A program made the position numbers and the translations under genes. The notes under the pieces were generated by a model that was given only the letters and a program-made list of their open reading frames with translations, searched no databases and had not been told where the DNA came from. Positions 37,143-49,359 of a DNA stretch of 64,000 bases are shown piece after piece. The DNA is from Elusimicrobiota bacterium (GTDB lineage Bacteria > Elusimicrobiota > Elusimicrobia > UBA1565 > UBA9628), in contig JACPFR010000005.1 in the NCBI GenBank assembly GCA_016182905.1, positions 76,185 through 140,184 of the forward strand, written 5' to 3'. Each line of letters begins with the position of its first letter. Positions within the stretch are counted from its first letter, which is position 1.

Positions 37143-38173
37143 CGGGCCGCCCGGACCTTCATCCCGCTCGACAGCTTGCCGAGCACGGGAGGCGCGGCGA
37201 GGGCGACGCGGTCGCCGTCCGCGAGGCCCGAGACGATCTCCGTGAAGCCCCGGCCGTCCTCGGCGCCCGCGACGACCGGGCGGAACTCCAGGCGCTTGCC
37301 GGCGATGACCCAGACGCCGCGGCTCGAGCCCCGGGAGACGACCGCGGCCGAAGGCAAAGAAGGCGCGTTCGTCCGGGTCTCGTCGGTGATGAGGACGTCG
37401 GCCTGCTCGCCGAGGTGGAAGTCCTTGAGCGGGGGGGTGAACGCGACGTCGACGACGAGCTCCTCGGTCACGCGGTCGCTCTCGCGCCCCACCCGGACGA
37501 CCTCGCCCGGGAACGCCGCGCCGGGCGCGGAGCGCAGGCTGATGACCGCCTTCCGGCCCACGGCGACCCCGCGCAGCAGGGATTCGTCCACGTTGGCCTT
37601 CACCCACACGGTCCTCGCGTCGACGAGGCTGAAGATGGCCTGTCCCGGGGTGACGATCGCTCCCTTCTCTAGATGGCGCGAGATGATCAGCCCGTCCTCG
37701 GGAGCGGCGATGAGCGTGTCGTCGAGCCGGGCGCGCGCCGCGGCCTCCTCCGCCGCGGCCACCCGGTCGGCCGTCTCGTACTGCTCGGCCTCCAGACGGG
37801 AGACCAGGTCCTTGTCCGCGAGGCTCCGGTAGCGCCGGGCGTTGCGGCTCGCCAGCTCGAGGGTCGCGCGGGCCTTGCGCAGCTGCCCGGCGAGGTCGTC
37901 GTTCTCCAGCCTCGCCAGGAGACGGCCGCGCTTGACCCGGTCCCCCTGGTCGGCGTAAAGCTCGACGATCCGGCCGGTGAGCTTGCTGGACACGCCCACG
38001 ACCACCTTGGCCTCCACGGTGCCGTTGCCGTAGACCTGGGCCGTGAGGTCGCGCTTCTCGAGCCGGACCTCCTTGACCTTCGGCGCGGAGAAAAAGGCCG
38101 CCTTCAGCAGGACGAGCAGGGCCAAAGCGCCCGCCGACGCGATCGCCGTCTTTCGTTTCGAGTCCATAGTCAC
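37139..38173 (-). CDS. Efflux periplasmic adaptor subunit (HlyD/MacA family)
   Basis: Lipoyl-like G..V..GD.VK.G and APEDG motifs flanking a coiled coil. Confidence 0.92.
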   Translation of the reverse strand: MTMDSKRKTAIASAGALALLVLLKAAFFSAPKVKEVRLEKRDLTAQVYGNGTVEAKVVVGVSSKLTGRIVELYADQGDRVKRGRLLARLENDDLAGQLRKARATLELASRNARRYRSLADKDLVSRLEAEQYETADRVAAAEEAAARARLDDTLIAAPEDGLIISRHLEKGAIVTPGQAIFSLVDARTVWVKANVDESLLRGVAVGRKAVISLRSAPGAAFPGEVVRVGRESDRVTEELVVDVAFTPPLKDFHLGEQADVLITDETRTNAPSLPSAAVVSRGSSRGVWVIAGKRLEFRPVVAGAEDGRGFTEIVSGLADGDRVALAAPPVLGKLSSGMKVRAAR

Positions 38174-39429
38174 TCCTTCCCGAGCGCGCGCTCGAGCCGG
38201 GCTCGCGCGATCATGGCGTCATAGGTCGCCTGGATGCGGGCCGTTTCCGCGTCGATGGCCGAGGACTGGGCGTCGGTCACCTCGATGATGCTCCCGACTC
38301 CCTCCCGGTAGCGCGCGCCCGCCAGAGTCCGGCTCTCCCGGGCGGCTTCCTCCTGCTTCCCGGCCGACTCGACGCGCGCGGCCGCCTCGCGGACGGCGAG
38401 CCACGCGGCGTCGGCTCGCTTCCCGACGGCGAGCGCCGTGTCCTCCCGCTCGGCCGCGACCGCCCGCAGGGCCGCGTCGGCCTCCCGGGCCTTCTCGCGC
38501 GTGGAGAATCCGCTGAACACGGGGACGGAGAGGCCGATCCCGGCGCTCCAGACGTTCCCGTGAGGGGGGAACGTGCCGTCCGCCCGGCCCGCGCTCGCCG
38601 CGCCGGAGAGGACGGGGAGGTAGTCGCTTCGCGCGGCGCTCGCGTCCGCCCGGGCGGCGCCCAGCAGGGAATCGAGCCGCCGGACGTCCGCGCTGCCGGC
38701 CAGGGCGAGCCGCCGCGCCTCCTCCCGGTCCGGGACCTCCGCGAGAGCCGCCGCGGGCTCGGCGAGGGCGCGCGTCTCGGAGCCCGGCCTTCCCATCGAG
38801 CCGGCGAGCTCGACGCGCGCGAGGTCCCGGTTGTTCTCCGCCCGGATGAGCGCGGCCCGCGCGGCGTGGAGCTCGGCCTCCGCCCGGCTGACGTCGAGCT
38901 TCGAGCGGACGCCCTCGTCGAAGTACCCCCGGGCCTGCCGGAAGACCTCCTCCTTCGCCGCCGCCGCCTCGCGCTCGGCGGCGACTTGACGCTCGGCGGC
39001 CAGGACGAGGTAGTAGGCCTCCCGGACCCGGAGCGCGGCGTCCTGGCGGGCGGCCGCGCGGGCCTGCTCGGCCGCGGCGCGATTGAGCCGCGCCGCCTTC
39101 GCCGCGCCCGAGGTCCGGCCGAAATCGTAGAGGGTCTGCTTCAACTGCGCCGACGCGGAGTGGACCTCCGTCTCCTTCAGCGAGCCGGAGCCCAGGATCG
39201 GATAGAACGCGCGGCTCCGGGTCCAATCGGCGGCGATGGAGATCTGAGGATAGTAGGCGGCGTAGGCCCGCGCGCCGCGCGCCGCCGCGGCGTCAGCCTC
39301 CGCTCTCGCCGCGACCGCCCGCGGGTGATCCTCGAGCCCGGCGGCGACCGCCTCCTCCAGCGTGAGGACACCCGCCGCGCGCACGGCCGCGGCGGGCAGA
39401 GCCAGGAGGAGGAGGAGTGCCAGATTCAT
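38170..39429 (-). CDS. TolC family outer-membrane protein
   Basis: Signal peptide; QTLYDFG, VPVFSG and RYREG motifs. Confidence 0.9.
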   Translation of the reverse strand: MNLALLLLLALPAAAVRAAGVLTLEEAVAAGLEDHPRAVAARAEADAAAARGARAYAAYYPQISIAADWTRSRAFYPILGSGSLKETEVHSASAQLKQTLYDFGRTSGAAKAARLNRAAAEQARAAARQDAALRVREAYYLVLAAERQVAAEREAAAAKEEVFRQARGYFDEGVRSKLDVSRAEAELHAARAALIRAENNRDLARVELAGSMGRPGSETRALAEPAAALAEVPDREEARRLALAGSADVRRLDSLLGAARADASAARSDYLPVLSGAASAGRADGTFPPHGNVWSAGIGLSVPVFSGFSTREKAREADAALRAVAAEREDTALAVGKRADAAWLAVREAAARVESAGKQEEAARESRTLAGARYREGVGSIIEVTDAQSSAIDAETARIQATYDAMIARARLERALGKE

Positions 39430-40064
39430 GTCCGTTCCCGCGTCAGGGCGGAGAGGGCCAGGTCCACCCGGATCGCGATGGACTTATCGGAACTGAAGAG
39501 CGGGAAGAGCGCGGCCGGCGCCAGGCCGAAGGGTTTTTTCGCGGAGGACCTCTCGATGACGCCCATGGCCACGTTGGGCATGGCCGCGGCGCCCAGGAGG
39601 AACGACATGGCGAGGGGCAGCGGGATGTCCTTGAGCTCGCCCCGGCGCTGGCATTCCTTGACCAAGCCGGCGATGATCTCCATGTGGCGGGGGATGTTGG
39701 CCTTGGCGAACTCCGTGGCCACCGCGTCGCCTTCCATCACGTCCCGGACTATGGCCAGGATGATCTTGCGGTTGTCCCGGGCGAAGCGCGCGAGCGCGGC
39801 GAGGGCGCCGCGCAGGCGCTCCTTGGGCGGGGCGTCGAGGCCCGTCTCCATGCTGAAGCCGCGGAAGAACTCCTCGTAGATCTCGGTCAGGACCCGGCGC
39901 GCGAACTCGCGCTTGCTGCCGAAGTGATAGTGGAACATGCCGAGATTGACCTTGGCCGCGGCGGCCACGCGGCGGAGCGTCAGGCCGGAGACGCCGGTCT
40001 CGGGGAGGAGCTTGCGGCCGGCCTGGATGAGGAGCGTGTCGGTGCTGCGGGACGGTCTGGGCAT
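39426..40064 (-). CDS. TetR/AcrR family transcriptional regulator
   Basis: N-terminal HTH TLRRVAAAAKVNLGMFHYHFGSK. Confidence 0.93.
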   Translation of the reverse strand: MPRPSRSTDTLLIQAGRKLLPETGVSGLTLRRVAAAAKVNLGMFHYHFGSKREFARRVLTEIYEEFFRGFSMETGLDAPPKERLRGALAALARFARDNRKIILAIVRDVMEGDAVATEFAKANIPRHMEIIAGLVKECQRRGELKDIPLPLAMSFLLGAAAMPNVAMGVIERSSAKKPFGLAPAALFPLFSSDKSIAIRVDLALSALTRERT

Positions 40065-40076
40065 GCGGCCTCCGTA

Positions 40077-40120
40077 TTATACGGCTGTATAATTATACAC
40101 CCGTATAACAACGGCGTCAA
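40077..40120 (-). promoter_or_regulatory. tetR-efflux operon promoter with tandem palindromic operator
   Basis: TTGACG (40120-15), 17 bp, TATAAT (40097-92). TTATAC-N4-GTATAA occurs twice (40077-92, 40093-108), forming a near-perfect 32-bp palindrome. Confidence 0.85.
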
Positions 40121-41292
40121 GACCCGCGTCCCGCGGCGGACGGCTCCGCCGCGGGGGCGAGCGCCGGCTGCAGCTCCAGCGTGATCCAGTAGAGCAGGAC
40201 CCAGCTCACGCGCCTGCGGTACTCCGCGTCGTAGAGCGGGCTGTAGGCGTCCTCGCCGTAGAAGAACATCCACGAGTCGCAGGCGTAGTACAGGACGCGA
40301 TGGACGACGTGAGGATCGAGCAGGAGGAGCAGGGCCGCGTAGCCGAGCTTGCGCGGGGTCAGGCGGAAGGACACCGCCTGGAAGTGCCGGCGGTCGCGCA
40401 CGCCGGTGAGGCGGTAATCCTCGGTGCGGTCCTCGACGCTGCGGACGCCGAACCACCGGCGGCACTGCGCCAGCGGCCCCTCGTCGACGAAGGGGTAATA
40501 GCCCGAGTACATCTTGTCCATGAAGTAGGCGTGCCAATAGAACTTCCAGTCCCGCGGCTTGCGGGTCTGGTGCAGGCAGGACAGGAAGACGCGCCGGGCC
40601 GGCGAGGCCTCATTGAGGAGGCGGGCGGCGAACAGGCACATGTCGGAGTAGATCCTGTTCTGCTTCTCGAGGTCGTTGCGGTCCTCCATGCTGACGTAAT
40701 GCTCGACGGTGTCCATGAAGGTGACGGCGTCGAAGCGGCCGTACAGGCGCCGCTGGAGAGCCGGGTCCGTGAGGATATCCTTCCAGTTCGTCGCGTGCAC
40801 CTCGAGGCCGTATTCGCGGCGGGCGTACTCGGCCTGCTCCGGCGTCATGTTGATGCCCACGGCCTCGCAGCCGAGCTCGTCGCGGCAGTAGCGCAGCCAG
40901 TCGCCGTAGCCGCAGCCCACGTCGCACACCGCCATCCCCCTTCTCAGGCCGAGCTTGCGCGCCATGTGCTCGTATTTCGCGCGCTGGGAAAGCCCGCCGT
41001 CGACGACGAGGTTGAAGCCGAGGTCCCGGCCGCTGCCGGCGGTCCCGTCGTACATGTTGTGGATCCACTGATAGCTGCGCCGCACGCGCAGCTGGGAGTC
41101 GAACAGCAGGGAGCGGCCGAAGACCCAGAAGAGGATATCGTCCAAGGCGAGGGCCGCCGGCGCGAACAGCGCGCCCCAAGGCCCGAGCGTCCAGGCCAGG
41201 CCGCCCGCGGCGGCGAGCAGCCCCCACCAAACGACGGTGTTCCGGTCGACGGCGACGAGCATCGCGGCGGAGCGCGTGTTGTCCTTGGTCAT
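40117..41292 (-). CDS. SAM-dependent methyltransferase, cyclopropane-fatty-acid-synthase-like, with N-terminal TM helices (start 41292 or 41262)
   Basis: QRAKY...LGLRRGMAVCDVGCGYG...GINMTPEQ...FDAV....EH. Confidence 0.78.
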   Translation of the reverse strand: MTKDNTRSAAMLVAVDRNTVVWWGLLAAAGGLAWTLGPWGALFAPAALALDDILFWVFGRSLLFDSQLRVRRSYQWIHNMYDGTAGSGRDLGFNLVVDGGLSQRAKYEHMARKLGLRRGMAVCDVGCGYGDWLRYCRDELGCEAVGINMTPEQAEYARREYGLEVHATNWKDILTDPALQRRLYGRFDAVTFMDTVEHYVSMEDRNDLEKQNRIYSDMCLFAARLLNEASPARRVFLSCLHQTRKPRDWKFYWHAYFMDKMYSGYYPFVDEGPLAQCRRWFGVRSVEDRTEDYRLTGVRDRRHFQAVSFRLTPRKLGYAALLLLLDPHVVHRVLYYACDSWMFFYGEDAYSPLYDAEYRRRVSWVLLYWITLELQPALAPAAEPSAAGRGS

Positions 41293-41404
41293 GGAGGGAC
41301 GCGCCGCAACGCTGCGGCCAAGGCGGGCGCGCCGTGGCCGGATTGATGCGATCGTCAAAAAAAGGAGACCGGACGAAGACGGCGGACGAGGGAGGGCGGC
41401 GACC

Positions 41405-42094
41405 ATGGCGAAGACGACGACGAGACCGGCACCCGTGAGCATCCCCGCGCGGGGCGTGGAGGTGAAGGGGGACCTGGTCGTGCCGGCGGACGCGACGGGC
41501 GTCGTGCTGTTCGCGCACGGCAGCGGGAGCAGCCGTCTGAGCCCGCGCAACCGCTTCGTGGCGGAGGCGCTGAACCGGCGCGGCCTGGCCACCTTGCTCG
41601 CCGACCTGCTGACCGCGTCCGAGGAGGAGGCCGACGCCGCGACGGCCGAGCTGCGCTTCGACATCCCGTTCCTGGCCGGGCGCCTCGACGCGGTCTCGAG
41701 CTGGCTGCGGGACCGCCCGGAGACCCGGGGGCTCCCTTTAGGCTACTTCGGCGCCAGCACCGGGGCGGCGGCCGCGCTCCTGGCCGCGGCGGCCCGCCCC
41801 TCGGAGGTCTTCGCCGTGGTGTCGCGAGGCGGCCGGCCCGACCTGGCCGTCGAGGCGCTCGCGCTGGTCAAGGCCCCGACCTTGCTGCTCGTCGGCGGCG
41901 AGGACCGCGAGGTCCTCGCGATGAACGAGGTCGCCGCGAGCCTGATGACGGCGGAGCGGCGCCTCGAGGTCGTGCCGGGCGCGACGCATCTCTTCGAGGA
42001 GCGCGGGGCGCTGGAGTCGGTCGCGCGCCTGGCCGGCGACTGGTTCCTCGCGCATCTCCCGGGGGTCGTATCGTTGCGTCCGAGAAGGGCATGA
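41405..42094 (+). CDS. Dienelactone hydrolase-like alpha/beta hydrolase
   Basis: FAHGSGSSRLSPRN, GASTG, SRGGRPDL and ATHLFEE motifs. Confidence 0.9.
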   Translation: MAKTTTRPAPVSIPARGVEVKGDLVVPADATGVVLFAHGSGSSRLSPRNRFVAEALNRRGLATLLADLLTASEEEADAATAELRFDIPFLAGRLDAVSSWLRDRPETRGLPLGYFGASTGAAAALLAAAARPSEVFAVVSRGGRPDLAVEALALVKAPTLLLVGGEDREVLAMNEVAASLMTAERRLEVVPGATHLFEERGALESVARLAGDWFLAHLPGVVSLRPRRA

Positions 42095-42987
42095 ACCGCT
42101 TCCCGCCGAGACGCATACTCGTGGCCGCGGACCTGTCGGCGCCGTCGCTGTCCGCGGTCGGCGCCGCGCGCTCCCTGGCGCTGCGCTGGGGCGCGGCGCT
42201 CGAGATCGTGCACGTCCAGCACCCTCCGGTGCTCGCGGGCTGGGTCGGCCTCGCCGGCATGCCGGGGAGCGTCTCGACCGCGGCGGTGGAGCCGCGCCGC
42301 AAGGTGGAGGAGCGCCTGCGCCGCGCGGCGGCCGGGTTCCCCGAGGAGCGGCTCAAGCTCCGGACGGTGCACGGGTGGCCGACGGCGGCGATCATGGAGC
42401 TGGCGCGCCCGGAACGCGCGGACCTGATGGTCATGGGCACGCACGGCCACGCCGGCCTCGACCGGCTGCTCGCGGGCTCGGTCGCGGAGGCGGTCATACG
42501 GCGCGCGCACATCCCCGTGCTCGTGGTGCCGGAGAGGAGGAGCGTCGCGGGGGGCGGGCGCGTGCTGGCTCCGTGGAACGGGCGCCCTTACGCGACGCGG
42601 GCGCTGCGCTGGGCGCGGGAGGTCGCGCGCGGCCTCGGCTCGGCCCTGGACGTGCTCCACGTCGACGAGGGCGGACGGCCCCTCGGCGGGAACGCGGCGC
42701 TGGGGCGGCGGCTCCTGTCGTCGCTGGGCACGGGCCCGGATTGGACCATGATCGAGCGCTCCGGCGACGCGCGGGCGCGCATCGTCGCAGAGGCGAACTC
42801 CGGACGCTATGAGCTGGTGGTCCTGTCCGCCCACCGCCGCGCCTTCGCCTCGGACTTCGTGCTCGGCTCGACGGCGGAGCGCGTGCTGCGTCACGCGGCG
42901 GTGCCCGTCCTGGCGGTGCCCTCGGGACGCGCGCGCGCGCGGCTCGTCCGGCGCCTGCGCGCGCGCGCCGGCGCCCGCCTCTACTAG
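42091..42987 (+). CDS. Tandem universal stress protein
   Basis: Two USP units ending GSVAEAVIR...PVLVVP and GSTAERVLR...PVLAVP. Confidence 0.92.
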   Translation: MNRFPPRRILVAADLSAPSLSAVGAARSLALRWGAALEIVHVQHPPVLAGWVGLAGMPGSVSTAAVEPRRKVEERLRRAAAGFPEERLKLRTVHGWPTAAIMELARPERADLMVMGTHGHAGLDRLLAGSVAEAVIRRAHIPVLVVPERRSVAGGGRVLAPWNGRPYATRALRWAREVARGLGSALDVLHVDEGGRPLGGNAALGRRLLSSLGTGPDWTMIERSGDARARIVAEANSGRYELVVLSAHRRAFASDFVLGSTAERVLRHAAVPVLAVPSGRARARLVRRLRARAGARLY

Positions 42988-43051
42988 CCGGAGGCCGTAG
43001 CGTTGCAACATTCATAATATTCCGCTTCAGGTGGACCAAGGAGATCAGACT

Positions 43052-43375
43052 ATGGCGACGATGATGAGACGCAAGCACCAAAAGACGGCGATGCTGGCCG
43101 TCGAGTATCCGCGGCAGAGCGAGAAGATCACCTCCTCCGATTACACCGTCCGCGTGTTCGCGCCGGAGTCGGCGAAGAAGGTCGGCATCTCGATCGATCA
43201 GGGCCCCTGGAAGTCCTGCCGGTCCGCCGTCGGCTATTGGTGGTTCGACTGGACGGGCTACGAGAACGGCGAGCATCAGATCGTCGTCTCCATGGAGACC
43301 GCGGAAGGCACGCGGATCATCTCGGAGCCGCACGAGTTCTTCGTCGAGCGCGCGCCGAGCCTCATCGCGCGCTAG
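43052..43375 (+). CDS. Small Ig-like hypothetical protein, paralog A
   Basis: RBS aaggag; motif ISIDQGPWKSCRSAVGYWWFDW shared with three other ORFs in the window. Confidence 0.8.
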   Translation: MATMMRRKHQKTAMLAVEYPRQSEKITSSDYTVRVFAPESAKKVGISIDQGPWKSCRSAVGYWWFDWTGYENGEHQIVVSMETAEGTRIISEPHEFFVERAPSLIAR

Positions 43376-43383
43376 GAGGGCCC

Positions 43384-45753
<2,370 letters not shown>

Positions 45754-45755
45754 GC

Positions 45756-45799
45756 GTCACCTCGCCTCAATTGTGACGAACGACATTACCTCCTAAAAT
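45756..45799 (+). promoter_or_regulatory. Shared-motif promoter 1 (adenylation/AsnB/NadE/ACP operon)
   Basis: GTCAC-N6-TCAAT-N22-TAAAAT. Confidence 0.6.
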
Positions 45800-45834
45800 C
45801 AGCAAGGGCAGTCCGATGCAAAGGGAGGTTGTGA

Positions 45835-47364
45835 ATGCTGGTCCAGGATCTTCTGCGGAGGAGCGCCGCGCGGCTGCCGGACAAGACCGCGCTGGTCTGC
45901 GGCGAACGGCGCTTCACCTACGAGCGGCTCGACGCCATGTCGAACCGCCTGGCCAACGCCCTCCTCGCGCGAGGCGTGCGAAGGGGAGACCGGGTCGCGC
46001 TGTACCTCGACAACTCCCTCGAGGCCGTCGTCGCGATCTTCGCCGTCCTCAAGGCCGGGGCCGCGTTCGCCTCGATCGGCCGCGGGACCAAGCCGGACAA
46101 GCTCCTCGCCATCCTGAACGACTGCGCCGCGTCGGCGATCGTCCTGGACGTCGCCGCCCTGGGCCAGGGGCTCCTCGAGCGCCTGGCCGAGGAGGCGTCC
46201 TCGCTGCGCTGCGCCGTCGCCTGCGGGGGCGCCCCGCGTCCGGTGCATCCTCTGCTGGCCGATTTCGCCGAGATCCAGGCCACGGCTCCGGAGTCGGCGC
46301 CGGAGCCCGCGAGCATCGACCTCGACCTGGCCTGCCTCATCTACACGTCGGGGACCACGGGCGAGGCGAAAGGCGTCATGTGCGACCACGCCGGGATGAT
46401 CTTCGTCGTCGAGGCGGTCGCGCGCTACCTTAAGAACTCGGAGCGGGACGTGGTCCTGAGCGTCCTGCCCCTGGCGTTCAGCTACGGCCTCTACCAGCTC
46501 CTCGCCATGGTCTGCTGCGGCGGGACTTTGGTGCTCGAGGAGTCGTTCGCGTTCCCCGACCTCGTGATGCGCAAGGCGGCGGCGGAACGGGTGACCGGCT
46601 TCGCCGCGGTGCCCTCGATCTACGCCCGGCTGCTGAGCATGGACCTGGGCGGCATCGACCTCTCGTCCCTGCGCTACCTCACCAACGCCGCGGCGGGGCT
46701 CCCGGTCGAGCAGGTCAAGCGGGTCCGGCTCCTCTTCCCCCGGACGGAGCTCTACCTGATGCACGGCCTCACCGAGACGGCCCGGACGATGTACCTGCCG
46801 CCGGAGCAGGTCGACGCGCGGCCGGGCTCGTCCGGACGGGCGCTCGAGGGCACCGAGCTCTGGCTCGAGGACGAGGACGGCGGACGGCTCGGCCCGGGAG
46901 AGGTGGGCGAGCTGATCGTGCGCGGCCGGCACGTGATGCGCGGCTACTGGGGCGCGCCGGAGGAGACCGCGCGGCGGTTCCGCGCCGGGCCGCTCCCGGG
47001 CGAGCGGGTGTGCTGCAGCGGCGACCTGTTCCGCATGGACGAAGCGGGCTATTTCTACTTCGTCAGCCGCAAGGACGACATCATCAAGAGCCTCGGCCGG
47101 AAGGTGGCGCCGCGCGAGACCGAGGACGTGCTGTACCGCCTTCCCGGCGTCCTGGAGGCGGCGGTCGTCGGCGTCCCGCACCCCGAGCTGGGCCAGGCGG
47201 TGAAGGCGTTCATCGTCGCGCCGGGCGCCGGCCTGCTCGAGGCCGCGGTGATCGCCCATTGCCGCAAGCACCTCGAGGACTTCATGGTCCCGCGCACGGT
47301 GGTGTTCGTCGCCGAGCTACCCAAGACGCCCTCGGGCAAGCTCCGGCGCAAGGACCTCGTCTGA
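45835..47364 (+). CDS. AMP-binding adenylation enzyme (acyl-CoA/ACP ligase family)
   Basis: YTSGTTGEAKG, GLTE, SGDL, RKDDIIK and PKTPSGK motifs. Confidence 0.93.
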   Translation: MLVQDLLRRSAARLPDKTALVCGERRFTYERLDAMSNRLANALLARGVRRGDRVALYLDNSLEAVVAIFAVLKAGAAFASIGRGTKPDKLLAILNDCAASAIVLDVAALGQGLLERLAEEASSLRCAVACGGAPRPVHPLLADFAEIQATAPESAPEPASIDLDLACLIYTSGTTGEAKGVMCDHAGMIFVVEAVARYLKNSERDVVLSVLPLAFSYGLYQLLAMVCCGGTLVLEESFAFPDLVMRKAAAERVTGFAAVPSIYARLLSMDLGGIDLSSLRYLTNAAAGLPVEQVKRVRLLFPRTELYLMHGLTETARTMYLPPEQVDARPGSSGRALEGTELWLEDEDGGRLGPGEVGELIVRGRHVMRGYWGAPEETARRFRAGPLPGERVCCSGDLFRMDEAGYFYFVSRKDDIIKSLGRKVAPRETEDVLYRLPGVLEAAVVGVPHPELGQAVKAFIVAPGAGLLEAAVIAHCRKHLEDFMVPRTVVFVAELPKTPSGKLRRKDLV

Positions 47365-49343
47365 TGTGCGGCATCGCGGGCGTCTTCGACCGGTCGCGGC
47401 GGGAGCCGGCCGCCGAGGAGGGGCTGCGGCGGATGCTGGGCGCGCTGCGCCATCGCGGGCCCGACGAGTTCGGCGTCCTGATCGACCGCGAGGCGGGGCT
47501 CGGCAGCGCGCGCTTGAGCATCATCGACCTCGCCGGCGGCGGGCAGCCGATCGCCAACGAGGACGGCACCCTCTGGATCGTCTTCAACGGCGAGGTCTTC
47601 AACTACGTCGAGCTGCGCGCGGAGCTCGAAGCGCAGGGCCACCGTTTCCGGACGCGGACGGACACCGAGGTCGTGCTCCATCTGTACGAGCGGCACGGGC
47701 CGCGCTGCCTGGAGCGCCTGAACGGCCAGTTCGCCATCGCGATCTGGGACGCGAGACGGCGCCGCCTCTTCCTCGGCCGCGACCGCCTCGGCGTGCGGCC
47801 GTTGTTCTACGCCGAGACGCCCGGCGGGACCCTCCTGTTCGCCTCCGAGGTCAAATCCATCCTGAGCGACCCCCGCGCGCGGGCGGAGATCGACCCGGAG
47901 GTCGTCCGGCAGGTCTTCCTGTTCTGGGCCCCGACCGCGCCGCACACGGCGTTCAAGGGGGTCCTCGAGCTGCCTCCCGGGCATTTCCTGCTGGCGGACG
48001 AGCGCGGTCTTCGCGTCGAACGCTACTGGGAGAACGCCTTCCCCGAGGACGGGGGCGCCGCCGCGGCGGGGCGCCCGTTCGAGGAGGTCGTCGAGGAGTT
48101 CCGGGCGCTGCTGACCGACGCCTGCCGCATACGGCTGCGCGCCGACGTCCCGGTCGGCGCCTACCTCAGCGGCGGCCTCGATTCCTCGGCCATCGCCGCG
48201 ATCGTGCGGCGGAGCACGACGAACCGTCTCGTGACCTTCTCCATCGCGTTCGACGACGCGCGCTTCGACGAGAGCTCGTATCAGCGGGAGATGGCGGCGC
48301 ATCTGGGCACCGAGCATCACGTCGTCCAGGCGACGTACGAGGACATCGGCCGGGTCTTCCCCGAGGTGGTGTGGCACGCCGAGTCTCCGATGATGCGCAC
48401 GGCCCCGGCCCCGATGTTCCTCCTCTCCCGGCTCGTGCGCGACCGGGGCTTCAAGGTGGTGCTGACCGGAGAGGGCTCGGACGAGTTCCTGGCCGGGTAC
48501 GACATCTTCAAGGAGGCGAAGGTGCGCCGCTTCTGGGCGCGCGAGCCCCGCGGGAAGGGGCGGCCGATGCTGCTCAAGCGGCTCTATCCCGACATCGGAG
48601 GGCTCGGGGAGAGCCATCACGAGACGCTCGCCGCGTTCTTCGGGGAGGGGCTCGGCGACACGGAGTCCCCGTGGTACTCCCACGCGGTGCGCTGGCGCAA
48701 CAACCTGCGCACCTGGCGCTTCCTCGCCGGCGAGGCCGCGGCGCAGCCGCACTTCGCCCGGCTCGCCGCCGCCCTGCCCCTTTCGTTCGGGCGCTGGGGG
48801 CCGCTGGCGCGGGCGCAGCATCTGGAGATCAGCATCTTCCTGTCGCACTACCTGCTCTCCTCCCAGGGCGACCGGATGGGGATGGCGAACTCCATCGAGG
48901 GACGCTTCCCGTTCCTCGACGTCCGGCTGACCGAGTTCTGCAACCGCCTCCCGCCGCGCCTCAAGATGCGCGTCCTGCGCGAGAAGCACCTGCTCAAGGC
49001 GGCCGCGGGCCCCTGGCTGCCCGCCCGGATCAGCGGCCGCCCCAAGCGGCCGTACCGGGCGCCGATCCACCGCAGCTTCTTCCACGCGGGCGCCCCGGAC
49101 TACGTCCGCGAGCTCCTCGGCGAGAGGGCGCTGGCGGGCTCCGGCCTGTTCCGGCCCGCGGCGGTGGCGCGGCTGGTGGGAAAGATCGAGGCCGGGGCGC
49201 CGATCGGGGAGACGGACGACATGGCGGTGGCCGGGATCCTCTCGACGCAGCTGCTGCATCATCAGTTCGTGAAGAGCGCCCGGCGGACGTCCCCGCTGGG
49301 CGCGACGGACCCGGTGAAGGTCTGCCGGCTGAACGCCAACTAA
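47364..49343 (+). CDS. asnB: Asparagine synthase-like glutamine amidotransferase
   Basis: MCGIAG, HRGPD, NGEVFN, LSGGLDS and TGEGSDE motifs. Confidence 0.94.
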   Translation: MCGIAGVFDRSRREPAAEEGLRRMLGALRHRGPDEFGVLIDREAGLGSARLSIIDLAGGGQPIANEDGTLWIVFNGEVFNYVELRAELEAQGHRFRTRTDTEVVLHLYERHGPRCLERLNGQFAIAIWDARRRRLFLGRDRLGVRPLFYAETPGGTLLFASEVKSILSDPRARAEIDPEVVRQVFLFWAPTAPHTAFKGVLELPPGHFLLADERGLRVERYWENAFPEDGGAAAAGRPFEEVVEEFRALLTDACRIRLRADVPVGAYLSGGLDSSAIAAIVRRSTTNRLVTFSIAFDDARFDESSYQREMAAHLGTEHHVVQATYEDIGRVFPEVVWHAESPMMRTAPAPMFLLSRLVRDRGFKVVLTGEGSDEFLAGYDIFKEAKVRRFWAREPRGKGRPMLLKRLYPDIGGLGESHHETLAAFFGEGLGDTESPWYSHAVRWRNNLRTWRFLAGEAAAQPHFARLAAALPLSFGRWGPLARAQHLEISIFLSHYLLSSQGDRMGMANSIEGRFPFLDVRLTEFCNRLPPRLKMRVLREKHLLKAAAGPWLPARISGRPKRPYRAPIHRSFFHAGAPDYVRELLGERALAGSGLFRPAAVARLVGKIEAGAPIGETDDMAVAGILSTQLLHHQFVKSARRTSPLGATDPVKVCRLNAN

Positions 49344-49359
49344 CCTGGAGGACACTATC

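Noticed and set aside
35259-37832. 857-aa (+) ORF
   Set aside because: Antisense to recognisable ABC and adaptor genes.
45755-45778. CGTCAC-N12-GTGACG as the ppsA terminator
   Set aside because: Short stem and no U tract; better explained as part of the promoter motif.
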